Notes under the pieces: model-generated
Database searches by the model: none
What the model saw: only the letters and a program-made list of their open reading frames with translations
What the model was told of the DNA's origin: nothing
In this document: positions 41,792-51,616 of the stretch, in pieces
Layout: the number at the start of each line of letters is the position of its first letter
How positions within the stretch are numbered: position 1 is the first letter of the stretch
NCBI GenBank assembly: GCA_020353515.1
Contig: CP070695.1
Location: forward strand, 1,864,041 to 1,928,040
Source of the DNA: Candidatus Heimdallarchaeota archaeon
GTDB taxonomy: Archaea > Asgardarchaeota > Heimdallarchaeia > Hodarchaeales > Hodarchaeaceae
DNA: 64,000 bases
Reading direction: 5' to 3'
Program-made: the position numbers and the translations under genes

Positions 41792-42799
41792 TTAACTAGT
41801 TTTACCAAATGGTACTTTGCCAGTTCCTTGTAATTCTTTCGGAAAAAAGCAGGCAACCTGATGATCAGGCTTAATTTCGAGTAGTGGAGGTTCTTCTTGA
41901 TGACAGATTTCTTGGGCATATTTACAGCGCATTGCAAAGCGACAACAGAGGGGAGGATCAATTGGCGTTGGTACTTCTCCTGATAAGATTTCTCTTGTTT
42001 TCTTTGTGCGAGGGTCAGGTATAGGTACTGCAGCAATTAATGCCTCTGCATATGGATGCTGAGGATTATCAAATAAAGTCCCCACTTCACCTAATTCAAC
42101 AATTTGACCTAAGTACATCACTCCCACGCGATCACAAACATGTCTTACGACTGAAAGGTCGTGTGAAATGAAAATATATGTTAAATCAAAGCGTTTCTGC
42201 AATTCCTCTAAGAGATTGAGAACTTGAGCTCGAACAGAAACGTCTAAAGCTGACACTGGTTCGTCCATTATCAAGACCTCTGGTTGTACAGCTAGTGCCC
42301 GCGCTATAACTACTCTTTGTCTTTGTCCCCCAGAGAATTCATGTGGGTATCTGTATAGATGAAAATTCGCTAAACCAACAGTTTTCATTAATTGGAGAAT
42401 TCTTTCCTTTTTTTCGCTTCCTTTAGCTAATTTATGTATATCCAAAGGTTCTCCAATAATATCATAGACGGTCATACGAGGATTAAGACTGGAATATGGG
42501 TCTTGAAAAATAAGTTGAATTCGACGACGCATTTTAGCAACAGGATATCTTCTCTGGAAAATATCTTTGCCATAATACCAGATAGTACCTTCTGTAGGAT
42601 TTAATAACCTAAGAATCAATTTTGCCACAGTTGTTTTACCACAACCACTTTCACCAACTATTCCAAATGTCTCTCCTTTCGTTATTGTGAAATTTACGTT
42701 ATCTACAGCGTGGATGTATGAACCTCCACGCGCACCAAAAATACCCATCTGAACAGGGAACTTCTTTGTTAAGTTTTTTGCTTCTAGTATGGTTTCCAT
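41792..42799 (-). CDS. dppF: Dipeptide/oligopeptide ABC ATP-binding protein
   Basis: [18 protein letters not shown] and DEPVSALD motifs. Start moved to ATG 42799 to avoid overlapping dppD. Confidence 0.93.
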   Translation of the reverse strand: METILEAKNLTKKFPVQMGIFGARGGSYIHAVDNVNFTITKGETFGIVGESGCGKTTVAKLILRLLNPTEGTIWYYGKDIFQRRYPVAKMRRRIQLIFQDPYSSLNPRMTVYDIIGEPLDIHKLAKGSEKKERILQLMKTVGLANFHLYRYPHEFSGGQRQRVVIARALAVQPEVLIMDEPVSALDVSVRAQVLNLLEELQKRFDLTYIFISHDLSVVRHVCDRVGVMYLGQIVELGEVGTLFDNPQHPYAEALIAAVPIPDPRTKKTREILSGEVPTPIDPPLCCRFAMRCKYAQEICHQEEPPLLEIKPDHQVACFFPKELQGTGKVPFGKTS

Positions 42800-42809
42800 G
42801 ACAACCACT

Positions 42810-43832
42810 TTAACTGTAAAGATGACACCGGACAAAATGGCGAGGGCCAATCTCTATTCTTTCAGGAACTTCCTTACTACATATATCCATAACTTTTTTA
42901 CAACGGGGATGAAATCTACATCCTGATGGGGGATTAATTAAATTTGGAATGGATCCCCGAATTACTTCTAAATGAGTAAGCTTACGATCTACTCTTGGAA
43001 TAGATGATAACAAATCTTTGGTATAAGGATGGGCGGGATTTTCAAAACATTCCAAACAGGAATGTTCTTCAACAATATATCCAGCGTACATCACTGCTAA
43101 TCGATCAGCAATTTCAGCTACAACTGCAAAATTATGAGTAATGTACAACACAGATGTTTGGTATTTTTGTTTAAGCTCTTCAATTAGATTAAGTACCTGG
43201 GCTTGAATGGTAACATCTAAAGCTGTTGTAGGTTCATCTGCTATTAATAATGCTGGTCTGCAAGAAAGAGCAATGGCAATCATGATTCTTTGACGCATTC
43301 CCCCAGAAAATTGATGGGGAAAATCTTTTGCCCGCTTTTCGGCATCAGGAATACCTACGACTTTCATCATGTTAATAGCTTCTTCTATCGCCTCTTCAGG
43401 ATCCATATTTCTATGAACTCTCAGATTCTCCCCAATTTGGTCGGTCACTGAATATAGAGGATTTAATGAAGTCATTGGATCTTGGAAAATCATTGAGATT
43501 TTTCCACCACGAATTTTCCGCATTTCTTCATCAGACAGCTTGAGGAGGTCTCTATCCTCGAAATAAACTGCTCCACTCATGATCTTAGCTGGAGGAACAG
43601 GCAGCAATTGCAGCATTGAAAGTGCTGATACAGATTTTCCCGACCCAGATTCTCCAATTAGACCAAGGGTTTCTCCCCTATTAATATCAAGATCAATACC
43701 TTCAACAGCCTTAACAACTCCTTCTTCAGTGAAAAAATATACGCATAAACCCTTAACTCTGATTAATGAGTCATTTGGGTCTGTTCCTTTTATAATTTTA
43801 TTTGATTCATCTAATGTAGGAGTATAATCCAA
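42810..43832 (-). CDS. dppD: Dipeptide/oligopeptide ABC ATP-binding protein
   Basis: [26 protein letters not shown] and DEPTTALD motifs. Confidence 0.95.
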   Translation of the reverse strand: MDYTPTLDESNKIIKGTDPNDSLIRVKGLCVYFFTEEGVVKAVEGIDLDINRGETLGLIGESGSGKSVSALSMLQLLPVPPAKIMSGAVYFEDRDLLKLSDEEMRKIRGGKISMIFQDPMTSLNPLYSVTDQIGENLRVHRNMDPEEAIEEAINMMKVVGIPDAEKRAKDFPHQFSGGMRQRIMIAIALSCRPALLIADEPTTALDVTIQAQVLNLIEELKQKYQTSVLYITHNFAVVAEIADRLAVMYAGYIVEEHSCLECFENPAHPYTKDLLSSIPRVDRKLTHLEVIRGSIPNLINPPSGCRFHPRCKKVMDICSKEVPERIEIGPRHFVRCHLYS

Positions 43833-44232
43833 TGATCTTCCCAGCTTTGTGTTTATGTGATGTAGTTAATTCCAAAGATACAATGTTAAATGTTTTTCTT
43901 TCTTCTTTTCTATTATTAAGACATCAAGCTCAAGTAAAAATTTTCGAATAAAAGAAATCATACTCACACATTTAATATTTGATGGAGTTATTTCAGCTAT
44001 TTAGAAGAAAGTAAATTTAAAAGAAACCATTAACATTTGAATCTTTTATTTTTTATGAAAAATCCCTTTTCTTTAGGCTTTCAAAACATACTTTCTAGGA
44101 AGATTTGACTAGAAGAAAAACCTTAAAAGAGATTTTGCTTTTTATTAAGACCGTTTTTGGAACGTCTTTTTTTTTATTTACAGAAAAAAATAGAGAATTT
44201 CCAAAAATAATCAAAAAAAGGAGATTTAAACT

Positions 44233-46008
44233 CTGAAACACAAATTAAGATTGGTATGTTTTTCTATGATGGTCTTAGGACTAATTGTAGCGAATCTACC
44301 TGTACCTGTTGCTGCAGCAACAGAACTAGAACTAGATTTGTGGTATATGCCAGTAGAAAGGCCCTACTTCCCAGATGCTAAATCTGTAGCTGAAATCATG
44401 CAGGCAGATCTAGATGCGATTGGGATTACCACGAGTCTTAAGACCTATGAATGGGGTGAATATCTCGACCGAACCGAAGATGGTGAACACGATATGTGTT
44501 TACTTGGTTGGAGTGCTGACATAGGTGACCCAGATAATTTCCTGTATGTTCTATTATCTGGTGACTCTGCAGTCGTTGGGACAGCAATGAACGTTGCTTT
44601 CTATGATAATGATGATGTCGATGAATTATTGGATGATGCCCAACAGAGTTTCGTTAAATCTGTTCGAGAACCCTTGTACGAGGAAGCCTGCTGGCTTATT
44701 CACAAAGATTCTCCATGGGTGACCGTTGCTCACTCCCAGAACCTCGCAGGCGTTCTTGACGATGTTTCTGGATATGTAACCAATCCCACAGGACAAGGCG
44801 CAAATGTCTACGCAAACGTATCAAAAGCTGGTACTGAAACATTAATTGTTGCTCGTGGTGGTGACGCAGTCACTCTTGATCCAGCAGAATGGACCGATGG
44901 GCAATCGTGGAAAGTTGGTCGCCAAATTTACGATGGGTTATACAACCTTCCAGCAGATTCAATTGATCCCGAACCTGGATTGGCAACAGGCTATACGACA
45001 TCATCTGACGGATTAGAATGGACCTTTACCCTTCGTGAAGGAGTTCAATTCCACGATGGATCCGATTTCAATGCAGATGCAGTTGTATTCAGTTTTGAAC
45101 GAGCTATGTATTGGGATGACAACACATCGGAATATTACACCGAAGGTTGGGTTCCTCCAGAAGCAGGATATTATGATTACATCTATGGTGGTCTTGATCT
45201 CGAAGTGGAAGCTTTAAGCAATTATGTGGTTAAATTCACAATGGCAAAACCTTACGCACCATTCTTAGCCTCCCTATCCATGGGAGTATTTGCTATAGTA
45301 AGTCCAACCTATGTCAAAGCGCACCCTGGAACTCAAACAACAGATCGTCTTGGTCTTAATCCTGTTGGTAGTGGTCCTTATATGATGGAAGAATGGGTTG
45401 AAGATCAAACAATTACGCTAGAAGCAAACCCAGATTATTGGGGTCCTGCTCCAAAGATGGATACATTAATCTTCAAAGTTATAACAGAAGCAGCAACTCG
45501 AATAGGGGAATTAACGGCTACAACACCAACTGTTGACATTGTTGATAATGTAGCAGCTGCAGACGCTAAAACTGTTGAAGATGCAAGTGGAGTAGATCTG
45601 TTCTCGCAAGCAGGTATGAATGTCGGTTATCTAGCTATGAACGCATTGAAATGGCCATTTAATGACACAACTCAAGTAGATGACCCTGACTTCGGTGGAA
45701 AAACCACTCACGCTTCTTTAGTACGCCGTGCCTTCCACTACGCGATTAATCGCTCCAGAATTATTGAAGAAGTATATCAAGGACGTGCGATCCAAGCTAA
45801 GAATCCATTACCACCTTCATTCTGGGGTTACAACGACTCTGTTGAAGACTATGCATTTGATCCAGATCATGCCAGAGACCTTCTTCAAGATCTCGGATAT
45901 GCAGTTAAAGGTGGAAGAGCAACTGGATTTGATCCTCTCACCACTCTAGTGACTACTTTTGGTGCATGCCTGATCCTTGTTGTAATATATCAGCGAAAGA
46001 AGAGATAA
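44233..46008 (+). CDS. dppA: DppA-like dipeptide-binding protein, circularly permuted, C-terminally anchored
   Basis: DLWYMPVERPY, YEWGEYL, GWSADIGDPDNF, LREGVQFHDG, PVGSGPY and WGYND are DppA motifs in permuted order; the tail is ATGFD + TM + RKKR. The proposed start is CTG 44233 (ORF track: TTG 44251). Confidence 0.92.
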   Translation: MKHKLRLVCFSMMVLGLIVANLPVPVAAATELELDLWYMPVERPYFPDAKSVAEIMQADLDAIGITTSLKTYEWGEYLDRTEDGEHDMCLLGWSADIGDPDNFLYVLLSGDSAVVGTAMNVAFYDNDDVDELLDDAQQSFVKSVREPLYEEACWLIHKDSPWVTVAHSQNLAGVLDDVSGYVTNPTGQGANVYANVSKAGTETLIVARGGDAVTLDPAEWTDGQSWKVGRQIYDGLYNLPADSIDPEPGLATGYTTSSDGLEWTFTLREGVQFHDGSDFNADAVVFSFERAMYWDDNTSEYYTEGWVPPEAGYYDYIYGGLDLEVEALSNYVVKFTMAKPYAPFLASLSMGVFAIVSPTYVKAHPGTQTTDRLGLNPVGSGPYMMEEWVEDQTITLEANPDYWGPAPKMDTLIFKVITEAATRIGELTATTPTVDIVDNVAAADAKTVEDASGVDLFSQAGMNVGYLAMNALKWPFNDTTQVDDPDFGGKTTHASLVRRAFHYAINRSRIIEEVYQGRAIQAKNPLPPSFWGYNDSVEDYAFDPDHARDLLQDLGYAVKGGRATGFDPLTTLVTTFGACLILVVIYQRKKR

Positions 46009-46042
46009 ATTCATTCTTCATCTTTCCCCCTCTTTTTTTTTT
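46009..46042 (+). terminator. Pyrimidine/oligo-T terminator
   Basis: TCTTTCCCCCTCTTTTTTTTTT after the stop codon. Confidence 0.55.
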
Positions 46043-46075
46043 AGACTTCTACAGACTAATTTTTTCTAATTTTTC

Positions 46076-47035
46076 TTATTGATAGGTTAATATAAATCTC
46101 TCTATCTGTCGAAATGTATGAATTCTAATAAAACGCTTGAAAATTAAATATAGTTTACTTGTAATTACTAAGAATATAAAAGCAACCACAAAATATTTTA
46201 CAACAACATGGTTTAGACTACTATCAAAGAAAGAACTAACAATATTATTAACTGAAATGAGACTATTAATGATTTCCCAAAAAGATAAAGCAATAGGACT
46301 ATTGGGATTTGGCCATAAGAAAGTATAGTGAACTAAATTAAAAAAGCGAATCAACCCAGTCTCAATGAGGATATACACACCAAGAGGAAAAGCAAGCAGC
46401 ATTCCAGCAATGTACTCTAGCATAAGTCGTGGTTCCCTCCTGAAATAGTCTTTATTTTTGTAAAAACTCTTTAAACTTTCTTCGGAAATATGATAAAGCT
46501 CACCTATAATAATAAATGGTATTAAAATCTCTACAATAGCAACTATATTAATAAGACCAGGTAGTATGACTTGTAACATCAGAGGAAAGACAACCATGAT
46601 AATAAAAGGAAGCGTAAAAGACCCCTCTCTAAAATATTTAATCATAATATCAATAACTGATTGCTGTCTCTCATTAAGACGTGGGGATAGAAATTTTACT
46701 TTGAAAAAATTATTTATAGAAAATAAAACTCCGAATAATAGTAGAAAATAGAACATAACTAATAATTCCGTTACATTCAAATCAATTATAATATCAATTA
46801 AGTTCTGTACTGATATTCCCTTAAAGAACTTAACTAGTGCTTCGTCTCCATACGCGATTATTAGTAATGTATAGGTACAAAATAATCCCACAAGAAAGAA
46901 GATTATCGTTACACTTTGCAGGAAGAATTGCTCTTTCCTTGGTTTTTTTGCCTTGATCAAGCCCTCCGATACTAATTTGACACCCTCCTCAACCTTCTCA
47001 GTCATGAAAATTGTTCGTTCTGGTTCGGAACTCAT
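46076..47035 (-). CDS. Hypothetical multi-pass membrane protein
   Basis: About six hydrophobic segments; 14 nt downstream of dppC and co-oriented with it. Confidence 0.75.
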   Translation of the reverse strand: MSSEPERTIFMTEKVEEGVKLVSEGLIKAKKPRKEQFFLQSVTIIFFLVGLFCTYTLLIIAYGDEALVKFFKGISVQNLIDIIIDLNVTELLVMFYFLLLFGVLFSINNFFKVKFLSPRLNERQQSVIDIMIKYFREGSFTLPFIIMVVFPLMLQVILPGLINIVAIVEILIPFIIIGELYHISEESLKSFYKNKDYFRREPRLMLEYIAGMLLAFPLGVYILIETGLIRFFNLVHYTFLWPNPNSPIALSFWEIINSLISVNNIVSSFFDSSLNHVVVKYFVVAFIFLVITSKLYLIFKRFIRIHTFRQIERFILTYQ

Positions 47036-47049
47036 AATATAAACTCTCT

Positions 47050-48027
47050 TTATCTTTTAAATCGAGGATCAAGTGCCTCGCGTAATCCATCCCCGACCAA
47101 ATTGAATGATAATACGGTGAATAATATTGCCATTCCTGGGAAAAAAACTAAATGTGGACCTGAAGCAAAATATTTTCTTCCATCACCAATCATAGAACCC
47201 CACTCTGCTGTGGGTGGTAACGCCCCCAATCCAAGAAAGCTTAATGCAGCTACTTCTAATATAGCAGTACCTATTCCTAATGTCGAGTAGATAACTAACA
47301 CCCCAAGAACATTTGGCAGAATGTGTTTTGTGAGTATTCTGGGTGTTTTGGCCCCTAAAACTTTAGCAGCCTCAACATAGACTAATTCCCGTTCCACAAA
47401 AGTCTGGCCTCTCACGATCCTAGCATAATAAGGGATATATACAATTCCAACGGCCAACATAGCATTTTCCAGACTATTTCCAAGAATTACTAAGATTGCA
47501 AGGGCTAAAAGAATCGCTGGGAATGCAAGTAATATTTCTAGAATTATAGATATAATTGAATCAATAATTCCCCCAAAATAACCAGCCAATAAGCCAAAAA
47601 AGGTTCCAACTGATAATGAGACAAAAACGGCTAGGAATCCTACGGTTATTGAGATTCTAGCTCCGTAAATTATTCGTACAAAAATATCACGTCCAACATT
47701 GTCGGTTCCAAAAATGTGTTTATCAGATGGTGGTTCAAAACTGGATGCACCACCAGCAAAAATGTCATTTGGTCCGTAGGGGAAGATTGGATAATTGAAA
47801 TAGGTATAGAGAAACTCATCAAGGAAAGAAATTAGAGCTAATAAAAGGAAAAAGCCTAAGATGCCCATACCAAGGAGAGCAGCCTGATTACGACGAAATC
47901 TTTTAATAATTATTCGCCAGGTCGACGCTCCAGAGACACCCTCTGAGGTAGCCAATCCTTCATTGGATATTTCTTCTGAGAAAAGTGTGTTGTTAGATTC
48001 GGATGTTTTTGATATTTCTTCTTTCAT
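47050..48027 (-). CDS. dppC: Dipeptide ABC transporter permease
   Basis: HIFGTDNVGRD, YVEAAKVLG, PPTAEWG and GDGLREALDP motifs. Confidence 0.95.
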   Translation of the reverse strand: MKEEISKTSESNNTLFSEEISNEGLATSEGVSGASTWRIIIKRFRRNQAALLGMGILGFFLLLALISFLDEFLYTYFNYPIFPYGPNDIFAGGASSFEPPSDKHIFGTDNVGRDIFVRIIYGARISITVGFLAVFVSLSVGTFFGLLAGYFGGIIDSIISIILEILLAFPAILLALAILVILGNSLENAMLAVGIVYIPYYARIVRGQTFVERELVYVEAAKVLGAKTPRILTKHILPNVLGVLVIYSTLGIGTAILEVAALSFLGLGALPPTAEWGSMIGDGRKYFASGPHLVFFPGMAILFTVLSFNLVGDGLREALDPRFKR

Positions 48028-48029
48028 CT

Positions 48030-49115
48030 TTAATCCCTCTTATGATAACGCACTCTAGGATCCAAGTATGCATATATGATATCAGTAATCATATTTGCGA
48101 TAACGAATATAAAAGCGACTATCATAACGAATCCCATAATGATTGGACTATCTCTCTTGGTAATACTCTCCCATACAAATTTCCCTACTCCAGGCCATGA
48201 AAAAATCGTTTCTGTTAAAACAGCACCAGCTAGTAGAGCACCTAAATTCAATCCAATAACTGTTATCGTGGGAATCATCGCATTTTTTGTTACATGTTTA
48301 ATAACAACTAATCTCTCTTTAAGTCCCTTCGAACGAGCGGTTCTTACATAATCTTTTCGAAGCTCTTCAAGCATAGAAGAACGCATCATCCTTGCAATAA
48401 CAGCAAGTGGGATTGTTGCTAATGCTAAAGATGGTAAGACAAGCTGACTCACAGTTGAATTGAAAAATGTCCAATTTCCAGTTGTGATACCTGCCATAAA
48501 GGAATCAATTAAATAGAAATTTGTGTATTTTGGTAGATCTGCGCTTAAAACAGGATTAATTCTTCCACTACCTATAAACCAACCAAGATTCTTTGCAAAG
48601 ATATCTTGAAGCATGAGACCTAACCAATAAATTGGCATACTAACTCCAATTAAAGCAATAACCATTGTAAGATAATCCACACGGGTATGTTGTTTGTAAG
48701 CTGAGATTATCCCAATTGGGATACCAATTATCGTGGCTAGTAACATCGAAACCAAAGTCAATTCGATAGTAGCAGGAAACCGAATGCCTAGTTCATAAAC
48801 GACAGGAGTAGAATGGATATATGAAATTCCTAAATCAAATTCAAAAATCAGTTTTTGGATAAAAATTAGATATTGTTCCCATGCAGGCCTGTCTAGTCCC
48901 CATTTTCGCTTTATAGCTGCAATTTTTTCGGGAGTAGGATATTTACCAGCTAATTCTTTCGCGACATCACCAGGTAGAACACGAAACAGAATAAATACAA
49001 TAGTTACAATACCTAAAAGTACAGGTATTGCTCTCAACATCCGTTTTAACGCAAATTTAAGGAAGTCACGAAAATCGGACTGAATTTCCGTAAAAGATTC
49101 ATTTTTATCAGACAT
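48030..49115 (-). CDS. dppB: Dipeptide ABC transporter permease
   Basis: RFPATIEL, SMPIYW, RSSMLEELRKDYVRTARSKGL and ETIFSWPG motifs. Confidence 0.95.
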   Translation of the reverse strand: MSDKNESFTEIQSDFRDFLKFALKRMLRAIPVLLGIVTIVFILFRVLPGDVAKELAGKYPTPEKIAAIKRKWGLDRPAWEQYLIFIQKLIFEFDLGISYIHSTPVVYELGIRFPATIELTLVSMLLATIIGIPIGIISAYKQHTRVDYLTMVIALIGVSMPIYWLGLMLQDIFAKNLGWFIGSGRINPVLSADLPKYTNFYLIDSFMAGITTGNWTFFNSTVSQLVLPSLALATIPLAVIARMMRSSMLEELRKDYVRTARSKGLKERLVVIKHVTKNAMIPTITVIGLNLGALLAGAVLTETIFSWPGVGKFVWESITKRDSPIIMGFVMIVAFIFVIANMITDIIYAYLDPRVRYHKRD

Positions 49116-49510
49116 TGCCAGTCATCTATTCCCTACATTTATGAATTATTCGAATTTTCACGTCTATTCCAAGAAAATATAAGATAAAAACTATTGAAAG
49201 CAATTCCTTTATTAATTGTAATGCCTAAAAATCTGTTCTGGTTCGAAATATAAATCTGAGGAAGGTTAATCTTTATTCAGTGGTAACTAATGGATCAATA
49301 TTAGAATTAGCTTGTTTGGATTATACTGTATCAAGAATTTCAATTCATAAAGTTTTTTTGAATCAGCCACTTTCATAAAGTATAAATTTCCATTCACATC
49401 AGATATTGTTACAAAAATAAGCCGAAGATTTATTAATCCAGTGGGAAAATTACCCTCTATATCTATAAATTCAGAGTATAACCAAAGATTTAAAGGAAAA
49501 AAATCAGGGG

Positions 49511-49756
49511 ATGTCTTCAATGCGTCCAACAGCATTCGTGATGATAAACGCGGAAATTGGAAATGAGAAAGAAGTTTTGAAATTCTTGATGGAAGAGTTA
49601 AAAGTTGATGAAGCGTATGTTGTGTATGGTGTGTACGATTTGGTTGCAAAAATATCCGCAGATTCAATGAAGGATTTAAAGGATGTCGTAATCAATCAGA
49701 TTCGGCAAGCAACGGGAGTACGGTCGACTCTGACTATGGTTATTGTAAGAGAATAA
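49511..49756 (+). CDS. Stand-alone Lrp/AsnC ligand-binding (RAM) domain protein
   Basis: TAFVMINAEIG...VYGVYDLVAKI...IRQATGVRSTLTMV; no HTH. Confidence 0.92.
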   Translation: MSSMRPTAFVMINAEIGNEKEVLKFLMEELKVDEAYVVYGVYDLVAKISADSMKDLKDVVINQIRQATGVRSTLTMVIVRE

Positions 49757-49816
49757 GAACTCTGACCATCATTCTAGTTGTTGAATTAATCTCAGTTCCC
49801 ACATCACAAAATTAAT

Positions 49817-49870
49817 ATGAACAAACCTGTAAGTTCATATGAACGTTCATGATTTTTCAAAAATATATAA
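49817..49870 (+). promoter_or_regulatory. Four ATGAAC half-sites (operator-like) upstream of a TATA box
   Basis: ATGAAC 49817-22, GTTCAT 49833-38, ATGAAC 49839-44 and GTTCAT 49845-50; AAATATATAA at 49861-70. Confidence 0.6.
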
Positions 49871-49892
49871 TTGAAAGAGGGATGGAGAATTA

Positions 49893-51611
49893 ATGTCTAA
49901 TCCCCAGGCTCCATGGTTCCAAATGAGTTCAGATCAAAGACGAGAGGAAATCATACAAAGACGTCGTAAAAACGAATCTTTTGCTCAAATAGCTGAATCA
50001 CTACTTGGAAGTTCCAAAAACAAGTCGACTATTTGGAGTTGGGCAAAACGTAATTTAACTGATACAGATATCTACCCTCTTATGGTTAGACTCCCAAGCG
50101 AACCTTATGGTACCTTCAGTGATGTTGAACAATGGGTAATGTACGACATCATGTCATCTCTATTTCCCCGTCTTGATGCAATGTCACAGCACCTCTTAAT
50201 TGAAATTCAAAAAATTCACACTGAACAAAAAGAGAAATTTAAGACTACTGCAGGATTTTTGGACGATCTTGAAGAGAGAATTATGGGAGCTATCGGTAAA
50301 GTCTCTAGACCTGTACCAATCTCAATATCTACATCAACCCCACCTCCAGTTCCTAGAAGAGGGATTTCAGGGGCTCCACCCCCTCCTCCACCACCTCTAG
50401 AACCGATATTACCTATACAAGAAGGGGTTACACCTGGTTCAATGGCAGAATTAAGGACTGATTTTGAAGAGATGACAATGGAAGACATTACAGCTCTCCC
50501 ACAAGATTTTTTGGAGGCCTTGTCTCCTTCTGACAGAAATAGAGTTCAAGAACGTGTGAAAGAGCTGAGAAGAATCGATAAAATGACGCCGGAAGAACGC
50601 GAGGTTTATCTTAAGAAGAAATTGGAAGAAAAGGAACGAGTCGAAGCTGCTGAAGGGTTAGGTGGTTCTTTGACTGCCATGTTGGATGACTCTGATTCTC
50701 TTTTTGCACGAATGCGGCAAGCTGCTGATGACTCTCAAGTATCTGGAACAGGGACATTTGGAAAATTCACCACCGAGTATATATATTTCTATTGTTTTGC
50801 GTGTGGGAAAATGAATAGATCAGAAGAAGAAGCTATTCCCAATTGTGTTCATTGCACCGCAGATCCAGATCAACTTGTTCCAGACGAAAAAAAATCAGAT
50901 TACACATATTGGGAGTGTTTGTCCTCCAAAAATCGTGAATATATCGACCCTTCATATACACGTGGAAAACAGATCATAGTAAAATCCCGCTGGAAAGTAC
51001 CTGCAGGAGAAACTCTAAGTCATGATATTTGTAAACCTGAAAATACCCGCAATATAACAAGTGCAGTATTAGTCAAAACTGATCCCGATAAACAGTTTTC
51101 TCACTATTTAACCTTATTCCGTATGTACACACAACTAAACCTTCAGGGAGATTTAAAATCGTATATTCAGGATTTATCTGATGAAATTCAAAAATTACCA
51201 GATATTCCTACTAGAGAAGGTGCTATTCATCAAGCAAGTGCTATTTTGGATAAAGTAGACTTCCTTCTAGATTGGTTGGATAGTAAAGGCATAATAGAAT
51301 CCATTCCAGACTCGAAAGAGATACAAATTCAAATTAATAATTTAAAACAAGACCTGAAATTATTACAAGATCCTGATTCTCCTCAAGAACTTCAAAAAGT
51401 AAGTGAAGTTGGACAAATCAGTAATAAAATTGATCAAATTTTAAACAGATTTACTTCAGTATTTTTACAATTGGAGTCAGAGTTATTATCACCCTCACGT
51501 TGGAAATGTAGTGAGTGTGAGAATATTTTTGAGATGAAAGACCGCCAAAATATTCCCGAACTCTGTAATGCTTGTGGAAAAATAATTACAAAATTGGTTC
51601 CAGTCGATTAG
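49893..51611 (+). CDS. Multidomain protein: N-terminal HTH, polyproline tract, helical region, two zinc ribbons
   Basis: ESFAQIAESL...KSTIWSW, then TPPPVP...APPPPPPPL, CFAC...CVHC and CSEC...CNAC. Confidence 0.85.
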   Translation: MSNPQAPWFQMSSDQRREEIIQRRRKNESFAQIAESLLGSSKNKSTIWSWAKRNLTDTDIYPLMVRLPSEPYGTFSDVEQWVMYDIMSSLFPRLDAMSQHLLIEIQKIHTEQKEKFKTTAGFLDDLEERIMGAIGKVSRPVPISISTSTPPPVPRRGISGAPPPPPPPLEPILPIQEGVTPGSMAELRTDFEEMTMEDITALPQDFLEALSPSDRNRVQERVKELRRIDKMTPEEREVYLKKKLEEKERVEAAEGLGGSLTAMLDDSDSLFARMRQAADDSQVSGTGTFGKFTTEYIYFYCFACGKMNRSEEEAIPNCVHCTADPDQLVPDEKKSDYTYWECLSSKNREYIDPSYTRGKQIIVKSRWKVPAGETLSHDICKPENTRNITSAVLVKTDPDKQFSHYLTLFRMYTQLNLQGDLKSYIQDLSDEIQKLPDIPTREGAIHQASAILDKVDFLLDWLDSKGIIESIPDSKEIQIQINNLKQDLKLLQDPDSPQELQKVSEVGQISNKIDQILNRFTSVFLQLESELLSPSRWKCSECENIFEMKDRQNIPELCNACGKIITKLVPVD

Positions 51612-51616
51612 AACAG

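Noticed and set aside
49437-49460. TCCAGTGGGAAA, resembling an ORB origin box
   Set aside because: A single imperfect copy with no G-string, no partner repeat and no cdc6 nearby.
49287-49695. Minus-strand ORFs of 126 and 63 aa
   Set aside because: Antisense shadows of the well-supported Lrp/AsnC-domain gene.
50200-50488. Short ORFs including a poly-Gly stretch on the minus strand
   Set aside because: Reverse-complement or alternate-frame by-products of the polyproline codons.
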